Notes: a model not told the origin generated them from the letters alone. A stretch of DNA of 64,000 nucleotides from Candidatus Parcubacteria bacterium (GCA_027355945.1 DAIEHA010000001.1:3390-67389), one strand, 5' to 3'; positions 20,615-30,662 are shown, counted from the stretch's first letter. Program-made: numbers and translations.

Positions 20615-23119
20615 ATGGAACGCTATGATCCCGGGGAGATAGAAAGGAAATGGCAGGAGCGGTGGCGCGAGGAGAAGGTGTTCGCCGCGCGCGACGATTC
20701 GCCGAAACCGAAATATTACGCGCTCGTGGAATTCCCGTATCCTTCCGGGGACGGGCTTCACACGGGCCACGTGCGGAGTTATACGGCGATGGACATCATC
20801 GCGCGCAAGCGTCGCATGGAAGGATATAACGTCCTGTATCCGATAGGATGGGATGCATTCGGGCTTCCCACCGAGAATTACGCGATCAAGACGGGGACCC
20901 ATCCGAAGGTGGTGACGAAGAGGAATACTGATACGTTCAGGCGACAGCTGCAATCGCTCGGGTTCTCCTTTGACTGGGACCGGGAGGTGAACACCACCGA
21001 CCCCGGCTATTACCGCTGGACGCAATGGATCTTCCTGCAATTCTATAAGAAAGGGCTCGCCTACAAGGAGAAGATGCCCATCAACTGGTGCCCTTCGTGC
21101 AAGATAGGACTTGCGAACGAAGAGGTGGTTTCCGGAAAATGCGAGCGATGCGGTACGCCTGTCGAACGGCGGGAGAAGGAGCAATGGATGCTCGCGATCA
21201 CGAAGTATGCCGACCGTCTGCTTGCCGACCTGGATACCGTGGACTACCTCGAGAAGATAAAGACCCAGCAGATGAACTGGATCGGCAGATCGGAGGGTGC
21301 CGAGATCGATTTTGCCATCGCGGACGCGGAGGGCGGCGCGAAGCTCACCGTATTCACGACGCGTCCGGACACGCTCTTCGGTGCGACATACATGGTGATC
21401 GCGCCGGAGCACCCGCTCATGCATGCACTGAGCGGCCTCATTGAGAACCGTGCGGAGGTCGCGGCATATGTCAAAAAAGTTTCGGCGAACACCGAAGAGG
21501 AGCGTCTTGCGGAGGGAAAGGAGAAGACGGGCGTGGAATTGAAGGGGGTCATGGCGATCAATCCTGCGACAAAGGAGAAGATCCCCGTTTTCACGGCGGA
21601 CTATGTGCTCGCATCGTATGGTACGGGCGCCATCATGGCGGTGCCGGCGCACGACGAGCGCGATTTTGCGTTCGCGAAAAAGTTCGGCATGCCGATCCGG
21701 CAGGTCATTGCACCCCGTTCCGCAGACCCTCAAACGGCGCTGCGGCAGGAAGAAGGGTCTGCGAGGGGAAGCGGCGTGGAGATCCCCTATACGGGGGACG
21801 GCATTCTCATGGATTCAGGGCCATTCGATGGCATGGATTCGGAGGAGGCGAAAAAGGGGATCGTGAACGCGGTCGGCGGCCGTATGAAGACGCAGTTCCA
21901 TCTCCGTGACTGGGTCTTTTCACGCCAGCATTACTGGGGAGAGCCGATCCCGATCGTGTTCTGCGAAAAGGATGGCATGGTGCCGGTCCCGGAGGAAGAC
22001 CTGCCGGTGCGGCTTCCGGACATCGAAAAATACCAGCCGACGGACACAGGCGAGTCGCCGCTTGCGGCGATCGGCGATTGGGTGAACGTCGCCTGTCCGA
22101 AGTGCGGGGGTCCCGCGCGGCGCGAAACGGACACGATGCCGAACTGGGCGGGTTCGAGCTGGTATTTCCTCCGCTATATCGATCCGAGGAACGACGCGAT
22201 GTTCGCTGCGCCGGAGAAGCTCAAGCATTGGATGCAGGTGGATTGGTACAACGGGGGCATGGAGCATACGACGCTCCATCTCCTCTATTCCCGTTTTTGG
22301 AACAAGTTCCTGTACGATCTCGGCGTGGTGCCCGTGAGCGAGCCGTATATGAAGCGGACCTCGCAGGGCATGGTGCTCGGGAAGGGGGGCGATAAGATGT
22401 CGAAGTCCAAAGGCAACGTCGTGAATCCCGATTCGGTCGTGGCGGAGTTCGGGGCGGATACGCTTCGTGTGTACGAGATGTTCATGGGGCCGTTCGATCA
22501 AGCGATCCCGTGGGACGATAAGGCGATCCAAGGCGCCGCTCGGTTCCTTGAGCGTTTTTGGAGATATGCAGGCGATATGATAGGAGCGAGGGCGCAGGCA
22601 CAGGAGCACCGCGAAGGGGCTGCGGAAGGAAGGAAACGTTCATTGCTCCATCGTACGATCAAAAAAGTGGGAGATGATATCGAGGCGATGAAATTCAATA
22701 CGGCGATCTCGAGCCTGATGATCCTCCTTAACGAGCTCACCGATGCCGAAGGAAGGAGCGATGCGGTGGTGGCGCTCACCGATGCCGACCTCGTCGCGCT
22801 CGTGAAGATCCTCAATCCTTTTGCGCCGCATATGGCACAGGAGCTCTGGTCCCGCATGCCGGAGGGCCTTCATGCGGGCTATCTCGATTTCGCGGCATGG
22901 CCCACGTACGATCCGGCGCTCGCCGCGGAGGACGAGGTCACGCTCGTATTCCAGGTTGATGGCAGGGTGCGTGACACGGTCCGCGTGGCCCGGGGCATGG
23001 AGGAGGCTGCTGCGAAGGACCTGGCGCTTGCGAATGGAAAGGTGCGTGCAGCGCTCGCGGGAAGGGAGCCCACGCGAGTGATCTGGGTGAAGGACAAGCT
23101 CGTGAACGTCGTCGCGTGA
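20615..23119 (+). CDS. leuS: Leucine--tRNA ligase
   Basis: FPYPSG.GLHTGH, GWDAFGLP, FTTRPDTLFG, GTGAIMAVPAHD, KMSKSKGN. Confidence 0.98.
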   Translation: MERYDPGEIERKWQERWREEKVFAARDDSPKPKYYALVEFPYPSGDGLHTGHVRSYTAMDIIARKRRMEGYNVLYPIGWDAFGLPTENYAIKTGTHPKVVTKRNTDTFRRQLQSLGFSFDWDREVNTTDPGYYRWTQWIFLQFYKKGLAYKEKMPINWCPSCKIGLANEEVVSGKCERCGTPVERREKEQWMLAITKYADRLLADLDTVDYLEKIKTQQMNWIGRSEGAEIDFAIADAEGGAKLTVFTTRPDTLFGATYMVIAPEHPLMHALSGLIENRAEVAAYVKKVSANTEEERLAEGKEKTGVELKGVMAINPATKEKIPVFTADYVLASYGTGAIMAVPAHDERDFAFAKKFGMPIRQVIAPRSADPQTALRQEEGSARGSGVEIPYTGDGILMDSGPFDGMDSEEAKKGIVNAVGGRMKTQFHLRDWVFSRQHYWGEPIPIVFCEKDGMVPVPEEDLPVRLPDIEKYQPTDTGESPLAAIGDWVNVACPKCGGPARRETDTMPNWAGSSWYFLRYIDPRNDAMFAAPEKLKHWMQVDWYNGGMEHTTLHLLYSRFWNKFLYDLGVVPVSEPYMKRTSQGMVLGKGGDKMSKSKGNVVNPDSVVAEFGADTLRVYEMFMGPFDQAIPWDDKAIQGAARFLERFWRYAGDMIGARAQAQEHREGAAEGRKRSLLHRTIKKVGDDIEAMKFNTAISSLMILLNELTDAEGRSDAVVALTDADLVALVKILNPFAPHMAQELWSRMPEGLHAGYLDFAAWPTYDPALAAEDEVTLVFQVDGRVRDTVRVARGMEEAAAKDLALANGKVRAALAGREPTRVIWVKDKLVNVVA

Positions 23120-23152
23120 TGGCGCATCTGGTATCATGAATACAATACCCCT

Positions 23153-24112
23153 ATGTACGCGAAGATCGTGATCATCGTGCTTGTCGTGATGGCGCTCGGA
23201 GCCGGACTCTTCCTGTACCACGGACTCACGTCCGGGGGCATACGGGTCCCCTCGTTCTCATTCCCGAGCTCGTCGCAATTCAGCCTGATCCCGTCGCGGA
23301 CGGGGCCGGTGCTTCCCGCGATCCCGGCGGGGACGACCACGATCTCGAGCGGGGGAACGTATATCTCGGGAACTCCCGGGTCGGGCGGGGGGGCGCAGAG
23401 CCTCATTGTGAATACGAGCACGATCCCCGCGTCCGAGATCCCGGCGGGATGGACCGCGTCGAACCTCTCGCCGTATTTCCACGAGATACGTCTGGGAGGG
23501 GTATCTGCGGGAAGCTATTATTACTACGGGACCATTTCGCTTTACGCCTATTTCCCGTATCAGGCGACCGGAACGATCGACATCACGGGATGGCAGATCA
23601 AGACGCGGGGGAGCGGGGAGTACATCCCCCAGGCGATCGCCGTATACGATCCCTCGGGGCTCACGGCGCCGTCCGATATCCGCGTCGCGAACGGAGATAC
23701 GGTATATCTCTATTCATCCTCGGCGCCGTTCAATCTCCGCCTCAATGAATGCATCGGCTATGTCGCGAATATGGCGAATTTCCGTCCTGCGCTCCCCGCG
23801 AATTGTCCGCAGGTGGATGAATCAAGGATCGTGAATTTCACGGGGGGGTGCCAGGCGTATCTTCAGTCGTTCGCAGGCTGTTCGCAGCCTACGTTGCCCA
23901 ACCCCCTTGTGCCGCCCACCGATTACGCCTGCCAGGATTTCATCCGCAATAATTTCAACTATAAGTCGTGCTTCGAAGCGCATATCGCCGACCCCAACTT
24001 CTTGAGCAATCAGGTATGGGTATGGACGGGAAGCAATGTGGTGAACCAGTATCACGACACCGTGGACCTGCTCGATAGGAACGGCCTCCTTGTGGACCAG
24101 TATTCATATTAG
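23153..24112 (+). CDS. Membrane-anchored surface protein, lamin-tail-like and Cys-rich
   Basis: N-terminal TM; 'IDITGWQIK', several spaced Cys, 'HDTVDLLD.NG.LVD.Y.Y' end. Confidence 0.75.
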   Translation: MYAKIVIIVLVVMALGAGLFLYHGLTSGGIRVPSFSFPSSSQFSLIPSRTGPVLPAIPAGTTTISSGGTYISGTPGSGGGAQSLIVNTSTIPASEIPAGWTASNLSPYFHEIRLGGVSAGSYYYYGTISLYAYFPYQATGTIDITGWQIKTRGSGEYIPQAIAVYDPSGLTAPSDIRVANGDTVYLYSSSAPFNLRLNECIGYVANMANFRPALPANCPQVDESRIVNFTGGCQAYLQSFAGCSQPTLPNPLVPPTDYACQDFIRNNFNYKSCFEAHIADPNFLSNQVWVWTGSNVVNQYHDTVDLLDRNGLLVDQYSY

Positions 24113-24195
24113 GATGATCGAACGGCGCCGCCGAGGGGCCGTTCCGCGGACGACATGCGCCATCCCGCGTCCCGCAGTGACGGGTTCCGCATCCG

Positions 24196-25275
24196 CTACT
24201 TCCGTTCGGTGAGGAGGAGTTTTACGGGGATCTGCGTCCCTTTTCTCAGGATGACGAGATGCACCTCGTCGCCGACGTTCATGGTCTCGAGATAATCCTG
24301 GATAGGATGGTCACGGTCGAGCTTCGCGCCGTTCATCTCAAGGACGATATCCATCTCCCGTATGCCTGCCTTTTCCGCGGGACTCCCCGCCACTACCGCG
24401 GGATCATGGGGCCCTTCGGAAAGCACGAGTGCGCCGTAATCCATGGGAAGCCTCATTTTTGCCTTGAGGTCCTTGTCCACCATGACGTAGCGCACGCCGA
24501 GAAGCGGCCGCCGGATGCGGCCCCAGCGCTTCAGGTCGGCAAGATCGCGCCGGGCGGCGTTCACGGGGATGGCGAATCCTATGGACTGAGCGCCGGAAAC
24601 GATGGCGGCATTCACGCCGACCACGCGTCCGTTGCGGTCGAGGATGGGCCCTCCTGAATTGCCGGGATTGATCGCGGCATCGGTCTGGATGAGGCCGCGC
24701 ATTTCCTGCGGGGGCGCTTCGGGATCCGCCTGCGCGGTGATCGCGCGCGAGAGGCCCGAGACGATGCCCACGGAGACCGTGTTCCTGAAGATGCCGAGTG
24801 CGTTGCCTATCGCGATAAGGGATTGCCCGAGCTCGAGGCGCGATGCATCGCCGAGCGGAAGACAGGGGAGCCGGTTCGCGGGGATTTTGAGGATGGCCAC
24901 ATCGTTGATGGGGTCGCGGCTCAGGATCTCCGCAGTGAAGGTGCGGCCGTCGGAAAGGATCACGGTATATTCCGCATCAGGCTCGTTCACGACGTGCTTG
25001 TTCGTCATCACAAGGCCACCGGGATCCACGATGAAGCCGGAACCGCCTCCCACCTGTACCATGCCATGGGCATCGGCCATGTCGTCGGGGAGCATGATCC
25101 TGGATGCGGCTCCCGGCGCGGGTCCTCTGGTAGGATGCGCGGGATGGCCGGGGAGCCCGGAATAATATTCCTTCGGGATATCCTTTTCGATATCCTTCAG
25201 ATGTTTTGATATTGCGATCGAAACCACGGCGGGCATCGCATGCCGCACTATTTTTATGACGCGTGCATCCTCCAT
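24196..25275 (-). CDS. HtrA/DegQ-like serine protease with one PDZ domain
   Basis: GSGFIV, TNKHVV, NDVA, QTDAAINPGNSGGP, GSPAEKAG. Confidence 0.92.
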   Translation of the reverse strand: MEDARVIKIVRHAMPAVVSIAISKHLKDIEKDIPKEYYSGLPGHPAHPTRGPAPGAASRIMLPDDMADAHGMVQVGGGSGFIVDPGGLVMTNKHVVNEPDAEYTVILSDGRTFTAEILSRDPINDVAILKIPANRLPCLPLGDASRLELGQSLIAIGNALGIFRNTVSVGIVSGLSRAITAQADPEAPPQEMRGLIQTDAAINPGNSGGPILDRNGRVVGVNAAIVSGAQSIGFAIPVNAARRDLADLKRWGRIRRPLLGVRYVMVDKDLKAKMRLPMDYGALVLSEGPHDPAVVAGSPAEKAGIREMDIVLEMNGAKLDRDHPIQDYLETMNVGDEVHLVILRKGTQIPVKLLLTERK

Positions 25276-25279
25276 AGGA

Positions 25280-26215
25280 TCATTTTACCACGAAGCGCGC
25301 ATAGATTCCCGAAGGAACGGCGCGTCCGGTGCCCTGCTCTTCGATATGAAGCTCGCCATACTCGCCGTGTACCTTTTTTGCGATACCGGGGAACGATCCT
25401 TCGACGACCTGGAGGAGCGAGAGAGGGGCATAGCCTGCGGCGTAGCCATTGAGGAGGAGGAAGGCGCCCGTCCGCGATGAGGAGAGGAGCGTCGCGCAGA
25501 CATCGAGGATCTTGGGAAGATGCTCTTCGATGCGGAATACCTCGCCTTTTGCCCCGCGTCCGAATGCGGGCGGGTCGAGGATGATGCCATCGTATACCGC
25601 ACCCCTGCGCACCTCGCGCTCGGCGAACTTCAGTGCGTCGTCGGTGATCCAGCGGATGCCCCCTTCGCGTTCGTCGCCGCGGTCGATCCCGGATGCCCGC
25701 GCATTCTCATGGGCCCAGGTGTTGCTCTGTTTCGATGCGTCGCAGTGGGTGACGTCCGCGCCGTATGCGGCGGCGGCCATGCTCGCGATGCCGGTATATC
25801 CGAAAAGATTGAGGATGCGGGGGGCTCCTTTTTGCTGGCTGCGGAGCACGCGCGTGCGCTCCGCGATCCATTCCCAGTTCACCGCTTGTTCGGGGAAGAT
25901 CCCGGTGTGTTTGAAGGAGGTGAGCCGCGCCGTGAAACGCAGACCGTTCCATGACATCTCCCAGGAATCCGGCATGGAGGCGTTCCGCGTGCGCCAGCCG
26001 CCGCCCCTGCCCTTCGGTCCGCCTTCGCCGCCCTCGCCGAAACGGAACTCGGCATCGGCACGCTTCCATTCTGCGGGACGCGACGGCCGCCATAATGCCT
26101 GTGTTTCGGGCCGTATGAGAACGTAGCTCCCATACCGTTCGAGCTTGCGGTTATCGCCGGAATCGATGAGTTCGTAATCAGGCCATCCGTGTACCGGAAG
26201 ATCGAGGCGTTCCAT
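25280..26215 (-). CDS. Class I SAM-dependent (rRNA-type) methyltransferase
   Basis: DYELIDSG..KLERYG, KHTGIFPEQ..NW, LNLFGYTG, ILDPPAFGRG. Confidence 0.88.
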   Translation of the reverse strand: MERLDLPVHGWPDYELIDSGDNRKLERYGSYVLIRPETQALWRPSRPAEWKRADAEFRFGEGGEGGPKGRGGGWRTRNASMPDSWEMSWNGLRFTARLTSFKHTGIFPEQAVNWEWIAERTRVLRSQQKGAPRILNLFGYTGIASMAAAAYGADVTHCDASKQSNTWAHENARASGIDRGDEREGGIRWITDDALKFAEREVRRGAVYDGIILDPPAFGRGAKGEVFRIEEHLPKILDVCATLLSSSRTGAFLLLNGYAAGYAPLSLLQVVEGSFPGIAKKVHGEYGELHIEEQGTGRAVPSGIYARFVVK

Positions 26216-26242
26216 GGGAGGGAGGGGATCGTTGGATTTCTG

Positions 26243-27178
26243 TTATTCGCGGCCGGATGCATCGCCTGCTGCCGGAGGGTGTGCGACGCTCCATTGATAG
26301 AGGACGACGGCGGCGCTCACGGATGCATTGAGGGATTCGGCTCTTGGGTCCATGGGTATGCGGAGGCGCACATCGCAGCGGGCGAGCGTCTTTTCGCGGA
26401 TACCCTCGCCTTCGTTGCCGACGATGACGAGCGCGGGACTGCGGAACGGCTCATCCATGACATTCATATCGCCGTGCATCACGAGGCCATAGACCGTGAA
26501 TCCCTCGCTTTTCAGTGCGTCCACCGCCTGGTTCACATTGCCGATCGCGACGAGCGGTACACGGAAGGCCATGCCGGCGGATGTCTTCACGACAGTGCCC
26601 GTGATCGGCGCCTGGTTGTGCGAGGGGATGAGCACCCCTGCCGCGCCGAACGCGGCGGCCGAGCGGATGACCGCACCGACGTTATGGGGGTCGGTGAGTT
26701 CATCGAGAAGGACCACCAGCGTATCCGCGCCTACCGCGTGGCGCCCGCCGTCGGTGAGCGATTCGAGGAAACGGTCGAAGGATGTCATAAGCGACCCCGT
26801 GTGGAGGATCGCGATCGCACCCTGATGCGCGGTGTCGCGGCCGACCATCTGTCCTGCATCGCCGGACCGGAGTGCGCCGGCTTCGATCCCGTGGTGTTTG
26901 ACGAGCGCACGAAGCTCGGCATCGTCCATGTCGGGGATGAGGAATACGCGCCGGACGGCTTGAGGCGCATACGCAAGCGCCTCCCGGAGCGCATGCTTGC
27001 CGTAGATATACACCTTCTCCCCGTTCCCGTTCGATCGCGGCGCGGCGACCGGCATGTGCATCGAGGGTCTTCTGCCGGTCCTGCTGCCGCTTCCGCGGGC
27101 GTGCGAACTCCGCCTTCCCTGGCGGTTGGGTCGTTTGCTCGGATGATGATGGGAACCGTGCCGCTCGCGCCGTCTCAT
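26243..27178 (-). CDS. rlmB: 23S rRNA 2'-O-methyltransferase, TrmH/RlmB family
   Basis: YGKH, HQG, DPHNVGAVIRSA, KTSAG, GNEGEG, IPM, ESLNASV; start uncertain (basic N-terminal extension). Confidence 0.88.
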   Translation of the reverse strand: MRRRERHGSHHHPSKRPNRQGRRSSHARGSGSRTGRRPSMHMPVAAPRSNGNGEKVYIYGKHALREALAYAPQAVRRVFLIPDMDDAELRALVKHHGIEAGALRSGDAGQMVGRDTAHQGAIAILHTGSLMTSFDRFLESLTDGGRHAVGADTLVVLLDELTDPHNVGAVIRSAAAFGAAGVLIPSHNQAPITGTVVKTSAGMAFRVPLVAIGNVNQAVDALKSEGFTVYGLVMHGDMNVMDEPFRSPALVIVGNEGEGIREKTLARCDVRLRIPMDPRAESLNASVSAAVVLYQWSVAHPPAAGDASGRE

Positions 27179-27366
27179 AATGCCCTTATTCTGCGCCAAA
27201 ACCGCCGTTATCGCAAATCGCGGCGGCCTTCGAGCGCCCGGGTACGACAGGAAGAATCCACAGGAGATCCACAGCGGGCCGCGGAGAGGTATGCTATAGT
27301 GGAACCACGCAGCGGCGGGTTGTCCCCGAAAAGTGGGGACAACGCTTGCGGCACCGAACCACAGCG

Positions 27367-27654
27367 ATGCATACGACGACAAAGCTCACTCCCGTCATGC
27401 GGAAGGAGGTCTATCGAAAATGGAAAAAGAGCGGCACGTCGCTCCGGGACCTGGGGCGCGAATATCACGTGGATAAGAAGGTGATCCAGCGCATCATCAC
27501 CCGCGGGAGTGCAGGCGATTTTTCGGTGCATACAAGCGTGAATACGCGCTATCTTCCGAAGACGCGCGCCAAGTCCGCCGGGAAGGCCGCGCGGAAGACG
27601 CCGGCAACGGGGAGGCGTACGCCGGTACGAAAAGTGAACGCACGAAGATCATGA
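27367..27654 (+). CDS. Small HTH protein resembling an IS481-family transposase N-terminus, with Lys/Arg/Ala-rich tail
   Basis: MHTTTKLTPVMRKEVY...SLRDLGREYHVDKKVIQRIITRG..GDF...S.N.RY; no integrase domain follows. Confidence 0.7.
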   Translation: MHTTTKLTPVMRKEVYRKWKKSGTSLRDLGREYHVDKKVIQRIITRGSAGDFSVHTSVNTRYLPKTRAKSAGKAARKTPATGRRTPVRKVNARRS

Positions 27655-28754
27655 ACCACCGCCATCGCACATCCGCTCTCATCGTCATAGGCGCCGCAGC
27701 CCTCGCCATCGTTCTTTTCGCTGCAAGCGGCACGACGCACGCTGGAACGCTGTACGGCATCTCGGACACCCTTTCGACATCCGCCCCGGGACAGTCCGCG
27801 AACCATACGATCACGTTCACGACGAACAGTGCGATCCCCCAGAACGACACCATTGCGATCGTATTCGATCCCGTGACGAACGCGTTCGGGGGTATCGGTG
27901 CCATCACGTTGGGGGACATCCAGTTCACCGGCGCCACCCTTGTTTCCGCATGTGCGGGAAGCGGGAACGATGTGACGTTCGCCACAAGCACCACGCCGGG
28001 GAGCGAGGGCGTCATATTCACGGTCTGCCCATCGAACACCGTCGCCTCGGGTACGAAGACGATCGCGATCAACAACAATCGCATCGTCAATCCGACGACC
28101 ACCCAGTCCTATGCGATCGACATAAAAGGCACCATGCCCGATTCGGGGGAGACGAGGGTTGCCATCATTCCCGCGGTCACCGTCCAGGCCGCCGTGGCAA
28201 CGAACTTTTCCTTCAGCATCCTCGGCATTGCGACGGGTACGGCGATCAATGGCGTGACGACGACGGGGGCTTCGGCAAGCACGAGTATGGCATTCGGATT
28301 GCTCTCGCCGAACGTGCCCAAGGTCCTAGGGCAGGAGCTTTCGGTGTCCACGAACGCCGCGAACGGATTTGCGGTGACCGTACACGAGGATCAGGACCTT
28401 ACGAGCGGCAGCGGTGCGACGATCCATCTTTTCGACAATGGCGATGCGACATCCACCCCCATCCCATGGGTTGCGCCCTCGGCGATCGCCGCGGAGCCCG
28501 CCACCTACGGCCATATCGGCGTGACGACCGATGACAGCCTGCTGAGCGGCGGCGCATACGCGGGAGCGAAGTTCGTGGGCGCGTTCAATCCTACCTCCAC
28601 GCTCACGGTGTTCTCGAACACGGGTCCTGGCGACGGGACCACGCAGAATGTCGGCAAGGCGGATGTTGCATATCAGATAGAGATATCGGGATTGCAGGCT
28701 GCCGCCACCGACTATTCCAACAATCTCATCTACGTGGCGACCCCCGTGTTCTGA
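27651..28754 (+). CDS. Secreted Thr/Ser-rich beta-sandwich surface protein
   Basis: Signal peptide, 'SDTLS', 'VSTNAANGF.V', C-terminal 'Y...L.YVATPVF'; ATGA overlap with the upstream gene. Confidence 0.8.
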   Translation: MNHRHRTSALIVIGAAALAIVLFAASGTTHAGTLYGISDTLSTSAPGQSANHTITFTTNSAIPQNDTIAIVFDPVTNAFGGIGAITLGDIQFTGATLVSACAGSGNDVTFATSTTPGSEGVIFTVCPSNTVASGTKTIAINNNRIVNPTTTQSYAIDIKGTMPDSGETRVAIIPAVTVQAAVATNFSFSILGIATGTAINGVTTTGASASTSMAFGLLSPNVPKVLGQELSVSTNAANGFAVTVHEDQDLTSGSGATIHLFDNGDATSTPIPWVAPSAIAAEPATYGHIGVTTDDSLLSGGAYAGAKFVGAFNPTSTLTVFSNTGPGDGTTQNVGKADVAYQIEISGLQAAATDYSNNLIYVATPVF

Positions 28755-28776
28755 TCATCGTTCCAGGTCCGGATCG

Positions 28777-28806
28777 AAAACCGCCGCCCTTATAAAGGCG
28801 GCGGTG
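28777..28806. terminator. Hairpin terminator between the surface-protein gene and tRNA-Ser
   Basis: AAAA-ACCGCCGCC-cttataaa-GGCGGCGGT. Confidence 0.65.
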
Positions 28807-28830
28807 GGTATGAAGATGCCATATACAAAG

Positions 28831-28917
28831 CGGAAGGGGAGAGATTCGAACTCTCGAGGCCCTTGCGAGCCTGCCGCATTTCGAGTGCGGTGCCTTCGAC
28901 CACTCAGCCACCCTTCC
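28831..28917 (-). tRNA. tRNA-Ser(CGA)
   Basis: GGAAGGG TG GCTGAGTGGTCGAAGGC A CCGCA CT CGA AA TGCGG, long variable arm, GAGAG TTCGAAT CTCTC CCCTTCC G; no encoded CCA. Confidence 0.96.
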
Positions 28918-29054
28918 GCTTTGTATACGTACGATCCTCTGCGCGATACCCTAATGAGATTAAACGAACCATCCGGGAAATTCAAGAACGGAAAGAAAAG
29001 CGCGCCACAGGGGAGTGGCGCGCGGTGGGAAAAGGGTAATCCGACGGGTTCCGA

Positions 29055-29444
29055 TCAATGGATATGAGGGGACCCATGGGAAAGGAGCAAGATGTACTTT
29101 TCCGAAGCGCCTCCGCATGCGAGGCATTTCACGCATGTCGTCGCATGTTGCCGGACGACGGCATAGTCGTTGCGGACCTCTGCTGGGGACGGTAGGAAGG
29201 CATTGAACGGATCGGATGCGGCGTGCGTCCGTTCCGCGATGATGAGCTTCCTAAGGGCGGAGAAACTTAGTGTTCCGGCGTAGAACGCACGAACCTTCTC
29301 GAGAAGATTCGCGTCGGCCGTGCATACGAAGGATGATGCGGGTGTCGCAATCGTGCCAGTGGGGGTTTTCATCCTGGGAAAATTGAAGGGAACGAGCATC
29401 CCTTCCCGGACAGCGTAGCGGATATCTGTCATCTTGATCATCAT
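29055..29444 (-). CDS. Hypothetical protein (HxxxCxxC near the C-terminus)
   Basis: 129-aa ORF between tRNAs; HATTCVKC; followed by a hairpin at ~28996-29023. Confidence 0.5.
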   Translation of the reverse strand: MMIKMTDIRYAVREGMLVPFNFPRMKTPTGTIATPASSFVCTADANLLEKVRAFYAGTLSFSALRKLIIAERTHAASDPFNAFLPSPAEVRNDYAVVRQHATTCVKCLACGGASEKYILLLSHGSPHIH

Positions 29445-29542
29445 TTTTACCCTGATGGTTGGAATGGCCCGTCGGCCTCGGGAGGCCTGCAGGCGGCTAA
29501 TGAATAGAATACAACATTTTATGAAAAATGCAAAGGTCGCGG

Positions 29543-29614
29543 TGCCCTCGGGAAGAATCGAACTCCCATTTTGCCCTTAGGACGGGCCAGTTCTATCCAT
29601 TGAACTACGAGGGC
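29543..29614 (-). tRNA. tRNA-Arg(CCT)
   Basis: GCCCTCG TA GTTC AATGGATA GAAC T GGCCC GT CCT AA GGGCA AAAT GGGAG TTCGATT CTTCC CGAGGGC A. Confidence 0.92.
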
Positions 29615-29663
29615 TTTGCCTCTATACTATAGACGGCGCGGAAAGGTATGGCAATCGCGATCC

Positions 29664-29734
29664 GGGCTCATAGTAAAATGGTATTACGCCTCCATGGCAT
29701 GGAGGAGGTCGGGGTTCGATTCCCCGTGGGTCCA
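29664..29734 (+). tRNA. tRNA-Ala(GGC)
   Basis: GGGCTCA...CCTCC AT GGC AT GGAGG...GGTTCGATTCC...TGGGTCC A; G3:U70 alanine identity pair. Confidence 0.95.
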
Positions 29735-29738
29735 CACG

Positions 29739-29825
29739 GGTGGGGTGGCCGAGCGGTTTAAGGCGGCAGTCTTGAAAACTGCTGTACTCGAAAGGGTACC
29801 GTGAGTTCGAATCTCACCCCCACCG
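29739..29825 (+). tRNA. tRNA-Ser(TGA)
   Basis: GGTGGGG..GCAGT CT TGA AA ACTGC, long variable arm GTACTC-GAAA-GGGTAC, GTGAG TTCGAAT CTCAC CCCCACC G. Confidence 0.96.
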
Positions 29826-29918
29826 CAGCAGCGGACAGTACTGCAAGATTTGCATGAAAAGCAGAAAGTGGCTTATGTTCCCGCTCCAGTGCATAGCGCG
29901 GCTTGATGGGCCGCACGA

Positions 29919-30662
29919 TCAAAACCCGAAGAGCAATTTAATCGCAAGGACCCCTCCGATGAATATGAACAGCCATTTGATGAACTTATTCCCTTTGCCT
30001 TTCGCGTATTTTGAACCGATATGCGCGCCCGCCACCGATCCCGCTGCTGCAAGGATCATCATCGGCACGTCATAATATCCTCGCAGGATGAACAGTATTG
30101 CCGCAAAGAGCGCCCACGAGAAGGAAACGAGATAGTAGTGGGCGAGGCCGTCGATGAAATCGAAGCCATTGGTATAGAAGGTGAGTGTGGTGAACAAGAT
30201 GCCATTTCCCGATCCAAATACCGTCTCATAGAATCCGAGGATGAGGGCGAACGGGTACGCGATAGCTTGCCGGGCGCGAGAATACGTATGCCGCTCGCGC
30301 AAACCGAGGTTCTTCTTGAGATACGTATAGGTGACGAGCGCCAGGATGATGATGCCCACGAAGACAGCAAGGGTCCTTTGATCGATGCTCGTCACAAGGA
30401 CGACGCCGAGGTAGGTTCCTATGAGCCCTATGATCGAAAATATGCCGACGAGTTCCCAGCGGACGGTTCTGCCTTTCAGATAATTCCTTGCTGCGGGCAA
30501 TACCCACGCAACGGAATTGACGGAGGAGATCGCCGCGACGAGCGGATACGGGATCCCCATAGAAAGAAGCGCGGGGAAGACGATGATCCCTGCGCCGCCG
30601 CCGGACATCGAGCTCAAAAGCGCTGCAATAAATGCGATGGCGCAAATGAGAAGATCCCTCAT
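29919..30662 (-). CDS. Sulfite exporter TauE/SafE family membrane protein
   Basis: SGGGAGIIVFPALL..G, multiple TM helices, G.GNG, AGS.AGA.IG; TATAAT 6 nt before ATG 30662. Confidence 0.85.
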   Translation of the reverse strand: MRDLLICAIAFIAALLSSMSGGGAGIIVFPALLSMGIPYPLVAAISSVNSVAWVLPAARNYLKGRTVRWELVGIFSIIGLIGTYLGVVLVTSIDQRTLAVFVGIIILALVTYTYLKKNLGLRERHTYSRARQAIAYPFALILGFYETVFGSGNGILFTTLTFYTNGFDFIDGLAHYYLVSFSWALFAAILFILRGYYDVPMMILAAAGSVAGAHIGSKYAKGKGNKFIKWLFIFIGGVLAIKLLFGF

